The notes: generated by a model from the letters alone, not told the origin. 64,000 bases of DNA from Gammaproteobacteria bacterium (GCA_033720895.1 JAWWBS010000001.1:3310-67309), one strand, 5' to 3'; shown: positions 1 to 11,830, numbered from the stretch's first letter. Numbers and translations: made by a program.

Positions 1-277
1 CGGCGATTTCCGGCACCTTGGACTGGATGGCGATGTTCGCCTGCGACGGACTGATACCCACTGCCAGCCAGTCGATCACCATTTCGTAGGTGTTCTTTTC
101 GATGTCCTGAGGATCTTCGTAATGGGTAGTCAGCGCATGCCAGTCCACGACCACGAACGTGCAATCGTATTCATGCTGCAGCTTCAGCCAGTTCTTCAGC
201 GCGCCACGGTAATGACCGAGATGCAGGGCGCCGGTCGGGCGCATGCCGGACATGACGCGTTGTGCGGAATCAACCAT
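1..277 (-). CDS. trpS: Tryptophan--tRNA ligase, N-terminal part (gene runs off the window start)
   Basis: Minus-strand translation from ATG (cat at 275-277): MVDSAQRVMSGMRPTGALHLGHYRGALKNWLKLQHEYDCTFVVVDWHALTTHYEDPQDIEKNTYEMVIDWLAVGI... This is a class I aaRS HIGH-type motif (HLGH) in a typical TrpRS N-terminus. It is absent from the ORF track because it is truncated. Confidence 0.85.
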   Translation of the reverse strand, partial: MVDSAQRVMSGMRPTGALHLGHYRGALKNWLKLQHEYDCTFVVVDWHALTTHYEDPQDIEKNTYEMVIDWLAVGISPSQANIAIQSKVPEIA

Positions 278-289
278 GGTATTCAATGT

Positions 290-946
290 CTACCTCAACC
301 CCGTGATGAAAAGTATCTGGTCCATGAAGAAATTGATCGGCGGACCGATCAGCAGGCCAAGGACGCCAAAGGCGAGCAGGCCCACGATGATGAAAAAGCC
401 ATACGGCTCGATGCGATCGTAACGATCCGACAGGTGATTCGGCAGCAGGCCGCTCAGCACCCGACCACCATCGAGCGGCGGCACCGGCAGCAGGTTCAGC
501 ACCGCCAGCACCAGGTTGATGACGATGCCCGCCAGGCCGACGCGCACCAGCCAGGGCGATACGCTGGCGACGGCGATGACATCGGCAATCTTCGCGACAA
601 TTCCCCAGAACAGGGCCATGGCAAAATTCGACGCCGGCCCCGCGGCCGCAACAATCGCCATGTCACGTTTCGGGTTGCGCAGGTTGCGCATTGCCACCGG
701 CACGGGCTTGGCCCAGCCGAAAATGAAACCGGTCGGCAGGATCAGCAAGACCAGCGGTACCAGGATCGTACCGACCGGGTCGATGTGCTTGACCGGGTTC
801 AGTGTGAGCCGTCCGAGCATGTCGGCCGTGCGATCACCAAAGCGCTTCGCCACGTAGCCGTGCGAGACCTCGTGGACCGTGATGGCAAAGATCGTGGGAA
901 CCGCCCAGATGCTGATCTGGCGCAGGATTTCGGACATATCGGACAT
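290..946 (-). CDS. Site-2 protease family (peptidase M50) integral-membrane zinc metalloprotease
   Basis: 218 aa with an HExxH motif (HEVSH) in the first TM region and several hydrophobic helices. The stop lies 13 nt upstream of the trpS start, so the two are probably co-transcribed. Confidence 0.8.
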   Translation of the reverse strand: MSDMSEILRQISIWAVPTIFAITVHEVSHGYVAKRFGDRTADMLGRLTLNPVKHIDPVGTILVPLVLLILPTGFIFGWAKPVPVAMRNLRNPKRDMAIVAAAGPASNFAMALFWGIVAKIADVIAVASVSPWLVRVGLAGIVINLVLAVLNLLPVPPLDGGRVLSGLLPNHLSDRYDRIEPYGFFIIVGLLAFGVLGLLIGPPINFFMDQILFITGLR

Positions 947-1055
947 CCCGGCATTATACGCAGGCGGGCGGCCGGGCTCCTAGCCTGCAGGCGCAATCAG
1001 GCGGATTATCTGGGCACGGGTTGGTGACTTTTTGACCACCTGCGGGCCGGACGCA

Positions 1056-1676
1056 TCAGTCGAACGCCGAGGCATCGCCCTGGCCATGGCGCAACACCCT
1101 GACCGCACCCTTGTCCAGCTCGACCACGGTGGTCGGTTCGATGCCGCAATGCCCGCCGTCGATGACAAGATCCAGCTCGTGCTCGAAGCGCTCGCGAATC
1201 TCCCAGCCCTCGGTAAACGGCAACGCGTCGCCCGGCAGCCACAAGGTCGAGCTCATCAGTGGCTCGCCCAGCTCGGCCAGCAAGGCCTGCGCAACAGGAT
1301 GGCCCGGCACACGGATGCCGATGGTCTTGCGCTTGGGGTTCTGGAGGCGCCGTGGCAGTTCGTTGCTGGCCTTCAGGATGAACGTGAACGGCCCTGGCGT
1401 GTGCGCTTTCAAGAGACGAAAAGCCCAGTTATCGACCCGCGCATAGCGCGCGATCTCGGACAGGTCGGAGCAGACCAGGGTGAAATTGTGGTCCTTGTCC
1501 GTCTGGCGAATACGGGCAAGCCGCTCCATCGCCGGCTTGTCGTCAAGGTGACATCCCAGTGCATAACGCGAATCCGTGGGATAGGCGATCACCCCGCCCG
1601 CGCGGATGATTTCCACCGCTCGCTTGACCAGGCGCGGTTGTGGCGTGTCGGGATGGATTTCGAAGTATTGGCTCAT
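1056..1676 (-). CDS. yciO: YciO/YrdC/Sua5-family threonylcarbamoyl-AMP synthase-like protein
   Basis: The ORF 1056..1799 contains MSQYFEIHPDTPQPRLVKRAVEIIRAGGVIAYPTDSRYALGC..., a YrdC-domain signature. I place the start at the ATG at 1676, giving 206 aa. The upstream 41 codons look like a non-coding extension. Confidence 0.8.
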   Translation of the reverse strand: MSQYFEIHPDTPQPRLVKRAVEIIRAGGVIAYPTDSRYALGCHLDDKPAMERLARIRQTDKDHNFTLVCSDLSEIARYARVDNWAFRLLKAHTPGPFTFILKASNELPRRLQNPKRKTIGIRVPGHPVAQALLAELGEPLMSSTLWLPGDALPFTEGWEIRERFEHELDLVIDGGHCGIEPTTVVELDKGAVRVLRHGQGDASAFD

Positions 1677-1790
1677 GCCTGCCCCTGGGTAGCTGCCTTG
1701 CGCCGGATATCTGGAGTGCTGCCGTTTCGATGCCGGCAGCCGGGCTGCTATGATACCGCGCCTGACCCATTCCACGACACCAGGGACAAC

Positions 1791-2360
1791 ATGTCGCAAT
1801 TATTCGATTTCTTTCCGGTCCTGCTGTTTTTCGTCGCTTACAAGCTGACCGATTTCTTCGTCGCGACCGGCGTATTCATTGTTGCCACCTTTGCCCAGCT
1901 TCTCATCCAGTGGCTGCGCACCCGTGAAGTGAAGAAAATGCACCTGATAAGCGCCGTGCTGGTGCTTGTTTTCGGTGGTATCACCTTGATCCTGCAGGAC
2001 GAGGAATTCCTGAAGTGGAAGGTCAGCATCGTCAACTGGCTGTTTGCCGCCGGCTTCCTCGCTTCGGCCTACGTCGGCGAACGCCGCACCATTGTCGAGC
2101 GGCTGATGTCCGAGGCGGTCGAACTGCCCGCCGGTGTATGGCGCCGCCTCAACCTGTTGTGGATCGGTTTCTTCACGGTCATCGGCTTGATCAACCTCTA
2201 TGTCATGCACTATTTCTCGACCGATGACTGGGTCGACTTCAAGACCTGGGGCGTGATCGGCCTGACCCTGCTGTTCGCCCTGCTGCAGGGCGTCTACCTG
2301 GCAAGGCACCTTCCGGACGATGTGCTGGAGGACAATGCGGACGAGAAAAAGGAGTCTTGA
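1791..2360 (+). CDS. yciB: Intracellular septation protein A (YciB/IspZ family), inner-membrane protein
   Basis: Start at ATG 1791 within the long ORF 1032..2360. [41 protein letters not shown]... is a typical YciB N-terminus with 5 TM helices. It is divergent from yciO, as in enterobacteria. Confidence 0.85.
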   Translation: MSQLFDFFPVLLFFVAYKLTDFFVATGVFIVATFAQLLIQWLRTREVKKMHLISAVLVLVFGGITLILQDEEFLKWKVSIVNWLFAAGFLASAYVGERRTIVERLMSEAVELPAGVWRRLNLLWIGFFTVIGLINLYVMHYFSTDDWVDFKTWGVIGLTLLFALLQGVYLARHLPDDVLEDNADEKKES

Positions 2361-2362
2361 GC

Positions 2363-2653
2363 ATGCACTACGCCATCATCGCGACTGATATCGCGGACAG
2401 CCTCGACAAACGCCAGGCTGCCCGACCAGCCCACCTGGCACGCCTCGAAGTCCTGCGTGACGAGGGCCGGCTGTTGCTGGCAGGACCGCATCCGCTGGGT
2501 GAAGACCCGGCAGCCGGCTTCAGCGGTTCGCTGATCGTTGCCGAATTCGACTCGCTTGCTGAGGCCGAACAATGGGCCAGCGAGGATCCCTACCGCGATG
2601 CCGGCGTCTACGCGGATGTCGTCGTCAAGCCGTTCAAGAAAGTCCTGCCGTGA
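2363..2653 (+). CDS. yciI: YciI family protein
   Basis: [44 protein letters not shown]... An AAGGAG Shine-Dalgarno sits 8 nt upstream of ATG 2363. The gene follows yciB. Confidence 0.8.
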   Translation: MHYAIIATDIADSLDKRQAARPAHLARLEVLRDEGRLLLAGPHPLGEDPAAGFSGSLIVAEFDSLAEAEQWASEDPYRDAGVYADVVVKPFKKVLP

Positions 2654-2937
2654 ACCTGGAAGACACCAACAGGCAGCGCATTGCCAGGATGCGGGCGCTG
2701 CTCGAAGACGCGCTGTCGCCCACCCTGCTGGAGATCGAGGACGAATCGGCTCGCCATCGCGGCCATGCCGGGGCTGCCGATGGACGGGGGCATTTCCGGC
2801 TGCGAATCGCCTGCGAGCAATTTCGCGATATGTCATCCTTGCAGCGCCATCGAACGGTCTTTGCCGCCCTGGGCGACATGATGAATACCGACATCCATGC
2901 GCTGAGCATCGACGCCGAGGCGCCTGGCGAAGGCTGA
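2650..2937 (+). CDS. BolA family protein
   Basis: The GTG start at 2650 overlaps the yciI stop (GTGA). [41 protein letters not shown]...[26 protein letters not shown] matches the BolA fold signature. Confidence 0.75.
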   Translation: MNLEDTNRQRIARMRALLEDALSPTLLEIEDESARHRGHAGAADGRGHFRLRIACEQFRDMSSLQRHRTVFAALGDMMNTDIHALSIDAEAPGEG

Positions 2938-3007
2938 CAGCACAGTCACACTGCTGGTGCAGGGATGCGACCAGCGAAATTCTCACGCGATACCAATGGA
3001 GATTTAC

Positions 3008-3904
3008 ATGAATGCAATGAACGCCTTGAAAGGCGCCGTACTCACCCTGGCACTCGCCTTGCTGGCAGCTTGCGGTTCCGACAAGTCAGGCACGACAACT
3101 GCCGAGACCCCTGCCGACGCTGCTGCCGTGGTCAACGGCGAGCCGGTCACGCAGGAAGCCGTGGCCTTCTATGCCGAGCGACGCACCGGCATGCCGGTCG
3201 AACAGCTGGATCCCGAGATGCGCGAGCAGATCGTCAACGAACTCATCAATATCGAGCTGCTGGCGCAGGAAGCACGGAACCAGGGTCTCGACCAGCGCGC
3301 ACCGCTGAAGCAGGAACTGGCCTTCCAGCGTGCCACCGGTCTGGCCGATGCCAGCATGACCGCCTACCTCGAACAGGATCCGATCAGCGAAGACACGCTG
3401 CGCGCCGAGTATGAAGCGCGCGTTGCCGAGCTGGGCAGCCAGGAGTTCAAGGCCAGTCACATCCTGGTCGAAGACGAAGAGACGGCCAATGCCATCATTG
3501 CCGAACTCGATGAGGGTGCCGACTTCGAAACCCTGGCACGGGAACGTTCCATCGAACCCGGCGCCGAACAGAGTGCCGGCAGCCTCGGCTGGTTCGCACC
3601 GAGCCAGATGGTCGAACCCTTCGCCACAGCGGTTGGCAACATGGAAGACGGCAGCATCAGTGCCGCCCCGGTCCAGACGCAGTTCGGCTGGCACGTGATT
3701 CGTCGCGAGGAGTCGCGCGATGTGCCCCCGCCGGCCTTCGAAGACATCAAGCCGCAGATCGAGCGCTTCCTGACCAATCAGAAGATCCAGGAATACATCA
3801 ACGTGCTGCGCAATGATGCAAACATCGAGAAGTCCGGACCGGCTGTCGACACCGGCAGTGCCGATGCCGAAGGAACCGAGGAAGCACCGGAAGCGGCAGA
3901 ATAA
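3008..3904 (+). CDS. Parvulin-type (PpiC) peptidyl-prolyl cis-trans isomerase, predicted lipoprotein
   Basis: MNAMNALKGAVLTLALALLAACGSD carries a signal peptide and lipobox (LAAC). A SurA-N-like helical region is followed by a parvulin core (FKASHILV...FGWHVIRRE). Start taken at ATG 3008. Confidence 0.8.
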   Translation: MNAMNALKGAVLTLALALLAACGSDKSGTTTAETPADAAAVVNGEPVTQEAVAFYAERRTGMPVEQLDPEMREQIVNELINIELLAQEARNQGLDQRAPLKQELAFQRATGLADASMTAYLEQDPISEDTLRAEYEARVAELGSQEFKASHILVEDEETANAIIAELDEGADFETLARERSIEPGAEQSAGSLGWFAPSQMVEPFATAVGNMEDGSISAAPVQTQFGWHVIRREESRDVPPPAFEDIKPQIERFLTNQKIQEYINVLRNDANIEKSGPAVDTGSADAEGTEEAPEAAE

Positions 3905-4096
3905 GTTAACTCGACCGTTGCACGCCGTGTTCCGATTCCTGAAGCGTGAAGCGGGTCACGTTCGAGACAGGACCGGATTGTTAACGTGATTCCCGAGATT
4001 GCCGGAACGCGAAGGGAAACCTCGCAATCCCGTCGCCAACCGACAATCTCGGTTCCTGCCTCTTCGTAAAGTGCTCCTACGGTCGATGAGGTTTAA

Positions 4097-4122
4097 GCCG
4101 GTGCTCTGCACCGGCTTTTTTT
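4097..4122 (+). terminator. Rho-independent terminator (GC stem plus T7 tract)
   Basis: gccggtgc-tct-gcaccggc is followed by ttttttt. It lies between the convergent parvulin gene and ligA. The T-tract is good only on the plus strand. Confidence 0.7.
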
Positions 4123-4152
4123 ATGCGCGCCAAGGGGAAGGCATGTCGCAAC

Positions 4153-6222
<2,070 letters not shown>

Positions 6223-6963
6223 TCAGCTCCGCGCCTGGTGCTCGAAAGCAATGATCTCTTCGCGCAAGTGATGCGCGGTCTGCTTGGTCAGGGTGCTGCG
6301 CTGCTGGTCGGTAACTTCGGCCCCCAGTTGCTGCGCGATGCGCCTGGCTGTCGCCAGCATGTCGGCAAAGGCGGCAACGCCTCCCTGCGGACCCGGCAGC
6401 AGCATGAACAGGCTCAAGCCCTTGAAAGTCTGGTCCGCCATCTCGGTGATGTCGAAACTGCCCGGTTCTGTCGCGCTTGCGACACTGAACACCGACTGCG
6501 GACCATCATCCGTTTCGATCATGCGATGAAAGACATCGAAGCGGCCGTAGACCAGTCCCGCGCGCTCGAAGATGTCCAGCAAGTGGTTCCCCTGGAAACG
6601 GCCGCTGGAATCGCTCGGCAGGATGCTCAGCGCAATGATCTTCTCGCCGGCAGGCGGCGATCCATTCGATGCCCTGCTCGCCGCACTGGTGGCATGATCG
6701 TCCGAACTGTCAGCCCTGCTGCCGGTTGCACGAATGGAGGGCAGCTCCTCATCGTCGAACAGCTCGGCGTCACGATCGCCCATTGCCGGTTCCTGTCGCG
6801 CTTCGGCTGCAGGACCGATCGGATCCTCGCCATCCGGCAGGCTCCAGTCCCCGTTCTCGCGATCGAACGCCTCTTCTTCCCTGCGCACGTAACGCGAGTA
6901 CAGGTAGATACCCGCAATCACAACGGCACCGATACCAAGAAGAATCAATCGCAATTCAGACAT
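6223..6963 (-). CDS. zipA: Cell division protein ZipA
   Basis: 246 aa. It has an N-terminal TM anchor (MSELRLILLGIGAVVIAGIYLY), a charged/P-rich linker and a C-terminal FtsZ-binding domain. The smc-zipA-ligA order is conserved. Confidence 0.85.
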   Translation of the reverse strand: MSELRLILLGIGAVVIAGIYLYSRYVRREEEAFDRENGDWSLPDGEDPIGPAAEARQEPAMGDRDAELFDDEELPSIRATGSRADSSDDHATSAASRASNGSPPAGEKIIALSILPSDSSGRFQGNHLLDIFERAGLVYGRFDVFHRMIETDDGPQSVFSVASATEPGSFDITEMADQTFKGLSLFMLLPGPQGGVAAFADMLATARRIAQQLGAEVTDQQRSTLTKQTAHHLREEIIAFEHQARS

Positions 6964-6965
6964 GA

Positions 6966-9900
6966 TTACATGGCCGCCATCTGCACGGCTTCGTCCACGT
7001 CGACGGCCACGAGGCGAGACACGCCAGGCTCGTGCATGGTGACGCCGGTCAGTTGCTTGGAAAGTTCCATGGTCACCTTGTTATGGGTGATGAAGATGAA
7101 CTGCACGCGCTCGGACATTTCCTTGACCATGGCGCAGAAGCGACCCACGTTGGCATCGTCCAGCGGTGCATCGACCTCGTCGAGCATGCAGAACGGTGCC
7201 GGATTCAATTCGAAGATCGAGAACACCAGCGCGACAGCTGTCAGCGCCTTTTCGCCGCCCGACAGCAGGTGAATGGTGCTGTTGCGCTTGCCCGGCGGGC
7301 GAGCCATCACGGTGACACCGGCGTCCAGCAGTTCCTCGCCGGTCAGCTCGAGATAGGCATGCCCCCCACCGAACAGTTTCGGGAAGTTCTTCTGTAAACC
7401 GGTATTGACGCGATCGAAGGTCTCCTTGAAACGCGTGCGCGTCTCGCGATCGATCTTCTTGATCGCATTCTCCAGCGTGGTCAGCGCTTCGATCAGGTCC
7501 TCGTACTGCGCATCGAGGTATTCCTTGCGCTCGGACTGTTCCTTGAACTCGTCGATGGCCGCCAGGTTGATCGGGCCGAGCCGGTCGATCTTGCGGGTAA
7601 TGTCATCGACCTGTTGCTGCCAGTTGTCGACATTCGCCTCTTCCGGCATTTCCTCGAACAGCTTCTCGACTTCGAAATCCATCTCGTCGAGCTGTTCCTT
7701 CAGGGTCTGGCGACGCACGCGCATTTCCTGCGAATCAAGCTTCAGCTGGCTCAGTTCCTCGCGCAGCTGCACGACACGCTTTTCCTTGGCGCCACGCTCC
7801 TGCTCCAGGTTGCGCAACTGCACATCGTGCTCTTCGACCTTGCTGCGAGCTTCATTCAGTTCGATCTCGACCTTGGCGCGCTTCTCCAGAAGCTCTTCCA
7901 GCTGCTCCTTCTGGCCTTCCACCGGCGAGTCGTTGTTTTCCAGCGTAGCCTTCAGCTCGCTGCGACGCGTGGTGATCTGGTCCAGCTGCATCTGCATGCG
8001 TTCCAGGTTGCGTTGCGTGGACTCGCGCATGGACTTGCGTGACTCGACCTTCAGGGCCAGCTCGTGCACGGCCTCGCGGTCTTCCTTCGACTTGGCACGG
8101 GCACGGTCCAGCTCGGCGCGCAATTCGTCACGCCTGGCCAGCAGCTTTTCATGGTCTGCTTCGAAGCCCTGCAGGCTCGACATGGAGTCGGCCAGGCGCG
8201 CTCGCGTTTCGCGAATCCTTTCGCTGTGCTCGTCCATTTCCTTGTTGAGTTCGGCCAGCTCGGCATTCACCTCGTCGGCACGCTTCTTCAACTGGTCCTG
8301 GCGATCCTTGCGAGCCTCGTACTGCGCCTTGGCATCGGCATGCGAGCGATGTGCGCGGTTGACCTCGCTCTGCAGCTCTTCGCGCCGCAGTTCGCCATCC
8401 TTCAACTGTTCGCGATTCACTTCCTGCTGAGCGGACAGCTCGGTTACTTCGTTTTCGATCGCGACCATGCGCTCCTTGAGCGTCTTGATCTCCTGCTCGC
8501 GCGCCAGCACGCCAGCGTGCTCGTCTTCCTCGCGATTGATGCGAATCCAGTTGGCACCCAGCCACACGCCATCCGGCGTGACGACGGATTCACCGGCTGC
8601 CAGCGATGCTCGCATGCGCAGTGCCGCGTCCAGGTTGTCGGCCGTCTTCACGCCGACCAGCAGGCCGGTAACGGCCGCGTCGCCCGATACCTTGCCGGAC
8701 AATGCATCCGCCGCATTGCTTGCACCCGACGGACGATTGCCGTCCACCAGCGTCACGGATGCCGAGGTGAGCTCGGCAATCGCCGAATCCAGGTCGCTGA
8801 TTTCCTCGACGCAGACGGCCTCGAGGTAATGCCCCAATACCGTTTCGACCGCACGCTCCCAACCTGCTTCCACGTCAAGCTTTTCGGCCAGGCGCGGCAG
8901 GGATTCCAGGGAGTGGCCAGCCAGCCAGTCATTCACCGCATCGCGGCTCTTGCCCAGTGCAGACTGCTGCAAGGCTTCCAGCGAGGACAACCTGCCCTTG
9001 CCGTTTTCCAGTTCGCTGCGCTTGGCATGCAGCGCCTGGGTCATTTCCTTGTCCTGCTCGCGCAGGCCGGTGATGCGCGCCAGCACTTCGTCCAGTTCCT
9101 GCTGCAGTTTCTCGCGCGCTTCGGCCGCCTGCCGTTCGGCAGCCGCCATGCGTTCCAGCTCTTCGTTCAATGCCTGCGGGTCTAGGGTCTTCGCTTCCTC
9201 GTCCAGCTTGGCAATGCGCGTCGACATCTGCTGGACCTGTCGCTCCAGTGATTCGATCTGCGTGCGCTCGACCGTGGCCGACTGCGAAGCCTCGGAGGAA
9301 TCCTTGTTGAAGGCATCCCAGGCGCTCTGCCATTGCTGCATCGCTTCTTCGGCCGCGGAGAAGGCTTCGCCGGATTCCTTTTCGGCATTGCGCAGGCGCT
9401 CGAGACCTGGCTCCATTTCGGCCAGCGCGGCATCGACATCGCCGAGCTGTTCCTTGTCACGATTGATATGGCCTTCGACTTCCTGCAGGGAATGCTCGGC
9501 CTGGGCGAGTTCACGCTCCTGGCGCTGGCGCATTTCCTTGCCATGCTGGATGGATTGCTCGATGCGCGCGATGTCCGCGCCCACGGCATAGAAACGACCC
9601 TGCACTTCGTTGAAGGCGTCATTGGCTTCGACGCTGGCTTCGCGGGTCTTCTCGATATCCAGCTCGACCGAACGCTGGTCCGCGATGCCGGCTTCCAGCA
9701 GGTTCTGCTTTTCGTTGATATTGCGATCCTGCACACCGACCTGTTCGTCGAGTGCATGCCACTTCAGTGCCAGCAGTTCGGCCCGCTGGCGGCGTTCGAC
9801 GGACTTCAGTTCCTTGTAACGCTCGGCGGTGCGCGCCTGCCGCTGCAAGTGGGCAATCTGCTTTTCGATTTCACCGCGCAGGTCATCGAGTCGATCGATG

Positions 9901-10469
9901 TTTTCGCGCGTGTGCTTGATGCGGTTCTCGGTTTCACGGCGGCGTTCCTTGTACTTGGAAATGCCGGCCGCTTCTTCCAGGAACACGCGCAGCTCTTCCG
10001 GCTTTGCCTCGATCAGGCGTGAAATCATGCCCTGCTCGATGATGGCGTAGCTGCGCGGACCAAGGCCGGTACCGAGGAAGATGTCCTGGATGTCCTTGCG
10101 ACGGCAGCGCGTGCCGTTGAGGAAATACTGCGAGGTGCCATCGCGCGTCACCTGGCGCTTGACGGAAATTTCCGAATAGCTCGCGAACTGGCCGCCGACG
10201 GACCCATCCGAGTTGTCGAACACCAGTTCCACCGACGCCGTGCCGACCGGCTTGCGCGCATGCGACCCGTTGAAGATGACGTCGGCCATGGAATCACCGC
10301 GCAGGTGCTTGGCCGAGGATTCGCCCATCACCCAGCGCACGGCATCAATGACGTTCGACTTGCCGCAACCGTTGGGGCCGACCACGCCGACCAGGTTGCT
10401 GGGGAGATTGATATTGGTTGGATCGACGAAGGATTTGAATCCTGCAAGTTTGATCGTTCTGAGACGCAT
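6966..10469 (-). CDS. smc: Chromosome segregation protein SMC
   Basis: Start at ATG 10469 (MRLRTIKLAGFKSFVDPTNINL...GPNGCGKSNV Walker A). Long coiled coils, a hinge, and a C-terminal LSGGEK signature with Walker B are present. The 40 upstream codons in the ORF track are unlikely to be coding. Confidence 0.95.
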   Translation of the reverse strand: MRLRTIKLAGFKSFVDPTNINLPSNLVGVVGPNGCGKSNVIDAVRWVMGESSAKHLRGDSMADVIFNGSHARKPVGTASVELVFDNSDGSVGGQFASYSEISVKRQVTRDGTSQYFLNGTRCRRKDIQDIFLGTGLGPRSYAIIEQGMISRLIEAKPEELRVFLEEAAGISKYKERRRETENRIKHTRENIDRLDDLRGEIEKQIAHLQRQARTAERYKELKSVERRQRAELLALKWHALDEQVGVQDRNINEKQNLLEAGIADQRSVELDIEKTREASVEANDAFNEVQGRFYAVGADIARIEQSIQHGKEMRQRQERELAQAEHSLQEVEGHINRDKEQLGDVDAALAEMEPGLERLRNAEKESGEAFSAAEEAMQQWQSAWDAFNKDSSEASQSATVERTQIESLERQVQQMSTRIAKLDEEAKTLDPQALNEELERMAAAERQAAEAREKLQQELDEVLARITGLREQDKEMTQALHAKRSELENGKGRLSSLEALQQSALGKSRDAVNDWLAGHSLESLPRLAEKLDVEAGWERAVETVLGHYLEAVCVEEISDLDSAIAELTSASVTLVDGNRPSGASNAADALSGKVSGDAAVTGLLVGVKTADNLDAALRMRASLAAGESVVTPDGVWLGANWIRINREEDEHAGVLAREQEIKTLKERMVAIENEVTELSAQQEVNREQLKDGELRREELQSEVNRAHRSHADAKAQYEARKDRQDQLKKRADEVNAELAELNKEMDEHSERIRETRARLADSMSSLQGFEADHEKLLARRDELRAELDRARAKSKEDREAVHELALKVESRKSMRESTQRNLERMQMQLDQITTRRSELKATLENNDSPVEGQKEQLEELLEKRAKVEIELNEARSKVEEHDVQLRNLEQERGAKEKRVVQLREELSQLKLDSQEMRVRRQTLKEQLDEMDFEVEKLFEEMPEEANVDNWQQQVDDITRKIDRLGPINLAAIDEFKEQSERKEYLDAQYEDLIEALTTLENAIKKIDRETRTRFKETFDRVNTGLQKNFPKLFGGGHAYLELTGEELLDAGVTVMARPPGKRNSTIHLLSGGEKALTAVALVFSIFELNPAPFCMLDEVDAPLDDANVGRFCAMVKEMSERVQFIFITHNKVTMELSKQLTGVTMHEPGVSRLVAVDVDEAVQMAAM

Positions 10470-10612
10470 GATTGCCCTGGCTGTGTTGGCGGTTTGCCCG
10501 CCGTGTCCATGGAGGCGCAGTCTTTGCCGCGCTTCGGTGTTAAAATGCCCGCCCCTGCAACGCCGTCTGCCTCGACGGCCTTGACTCACTGGTACTGACA
10601 GGACGTTTTATT

Positions 10613-11002
10613 ATGAGTACTCGCCCGAGTAAAGACCTGGAAACCTTCCCGAATCCGCGAGCCGGCCGGGATTATACCATCCGAATGGAGCTCCCCGAGT
10701 TCACATGCATCTGTCCCAAGACGGGACAGCCGGATTTTGCTGAGTTTTTGCTCGAATACGTGCCCGACGAGCTCTGTGTCGAGCTGAAATCGCTGAAACT
10801 CTACATGTGGAGCTTTCGTGAAGAAGGCGGCTTCCACGAAGCCATGACCAATCGCATCCTCGACGACCTGGTCGCAGCCACCCAGCCACGGTTCATGCGC
10901 CTGACGGGCAAGTGGAACGTGCGTGGCGGCATCTGGACAGACGTAATTGCCGAACACCGCAAGGACGGCTGGACGGCGCCGGTGCCGGTCGAGCTGCCCT
11001 GA
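10613..11002 (+). CDS. queF: NADPH-dependent 7-cyano-7-deazaguanine (preQ0) reductase, unimodular type
   Basis: 129 aa. [15 protein letters not shown] carries the catalytic Cys motif, and the QueF motif E(S/L)K(S/A)hK appears as ELKSLKLY. Confidence 0.9.
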   Translation: MSTRPSKDLETFPNPRAGRDYTIRMELPEFTCICPKTGQPDFAEFLLEYVPDELCVELKSLKLYMWSFREEGGFHEAMTNRILDDLVAATQPRFMRLTGKWNVRGGIWTDVIAEHRKDGWTAPVPVELP

Positions 11003-11009
11003 GGTCCGC

Positions 11010-11813
11010 ATGCAGACAGTAGCCGACGGTATCCAACATCTCCTGAAGGGCTTCAAGCTCATCCGCCAGCCGGGTGTACGCTGGTTCGTGCTGATCCCCT
11101 TCAGTATCAACCTGCTGGTATTCAGCGGCCTGATCTGGCTGGCCGCCGACCGTTTCGACCAGCTGCTGGGCTGGCTTCAGCCGGACCTGCCGGAGTGGCT
11201 GGCCTGGCTGGCCTGGCTGGCCTGGTTGCTGTTCGGCCTGCTGGCAGTCCTGCTGGTGTTCTACACCTTCACCCTGGTCGCCAACCTGATCGGTGCGCCG
11301 TTCAACGGCCTGCTGGCGGAGCGCGTTGCCATTTCACTGGGCCTGCCAGCAGCAAAGGACGGTGATCAGCCGCTGCTCAAGCAGATGCTGACCGACGTCA
11401 AGCAGGAGGTTCGCAAGCTGCTGTACTTCCTGGTTCGGGCGCTGGGCCTCGGCGTGATCAGCCTGGTGCTGATCTGGACGCCGCTCGCGCCACTGGTGCC
11501 CCTGCTGTGGTTCGCCTTCTCTGCCTGGATGCTGTCGCTGGAGTACTCGGATTTCCACCTGGCTAACCAGGGTCTCGATTTCGCCAGCCAACGACGCCTG
11601 CTGGGCCGCCACCGCTGGGCCGCAATGGGCTTCGGGGCGGCTGCAACGGGCGCCACCCTGGTGCCGCTGCTGAACTTCCTCGTGATGCCGGCGGCGGTCG
11701 CCGGCGCGGTCTCGTTCTGGTCCGAGCGGCTGGATTCCGACGCGGGCAACGGTACCGCTTCGAATGGTCCGAGCCCGGATGACTCATCCACGCAAGCCGC
11801 CTTGCGGCAGTAG
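11010..11813 (+). CDS. cysZ: Sulfate transporter CysZ
   Basis: Start at ATG 11010. MQTVADGIQHLLKGFKLIRQPGVRWFVLIPFSINLLVF... is a typical CysZ N-terminus, and the protein is multi-TM. Confidence 0.8.
   Translation: MQTVADGIQHLLKGFKLIRQPGVRWFVLIPFSINLLVFSGLIWLAADRFDQLLGWLQPDLPEWLAWLAWLAWLLFGLLAVLLVFYTFTLVANLIGAPFNGLLAERVAISLGLPAAKDGDQPLLKQMLTDVKQEVRKLLYFLVRALGLGVISLVLIWTPLAPLVPLLWFAFSAWMLSLEYSDFHLANQGLDFASQRRLLGRHRWAAMGFGAAATGATLVPLLNFLVMPAAVAGAVSFWSERLDSDAGNGTASNGPSPDDSSTQAALRQ
11199..11225 (+). repeat. Perfect 9-bp x3 in-frame tandem repeat (ctggcctgg) inside cysZ
   Basis: ctggcctgg ctggcctgg ctggcctgg encodes LAWLAWLAW in a TM segment. Confidence 0.9.
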
Positions 11814-11830
11814 CACGCATACTGTATAAA
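11802..11830 (+). promoter_or_regulatory. Sigma-70-like promoter candidate for dksA
   Basis: TTGCGG, 17 bp spacer, TATAAA. It lies 44 nt upstream of the dksA ATG. Confidence 0.45.

Noticed and set aside
122-1027. 301-aa plus-strand ORF at the window start.
   Set aside because: It is antisense to trpS and the M50 protease gene, has R/H/Q-rich composition and carries no motifs. The opposite strand encodes clear homologues.
10470-10589. N-terminal extensions given by the ORF track for smc, and likewise for yciO to 1799, nuoE to 36429, hrcA to 56998, nuoA to 38937, rpsO to 17755, and nadK and gluQ upstream parts.
   Set aside because: In each case the conserved protein N-terminus begins at an internal ATG, GTG or TTG. 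The extension would overlap the neighbouring gene, promoter or operator (for example CIRCE for hrcA) and has an arginine-rich non-coding-like composition.
10470-10612. Possible preQ1 riboswitch or other leader upstream of queF.
   Set aside because: I could not find the compact preQ1-I/II hairpin plus A-rich tail pattern. There is only an unremarkable GC hairpin (gccgtc...gacggc). It is treated as an ordinary divergent smc/queF promoter region.
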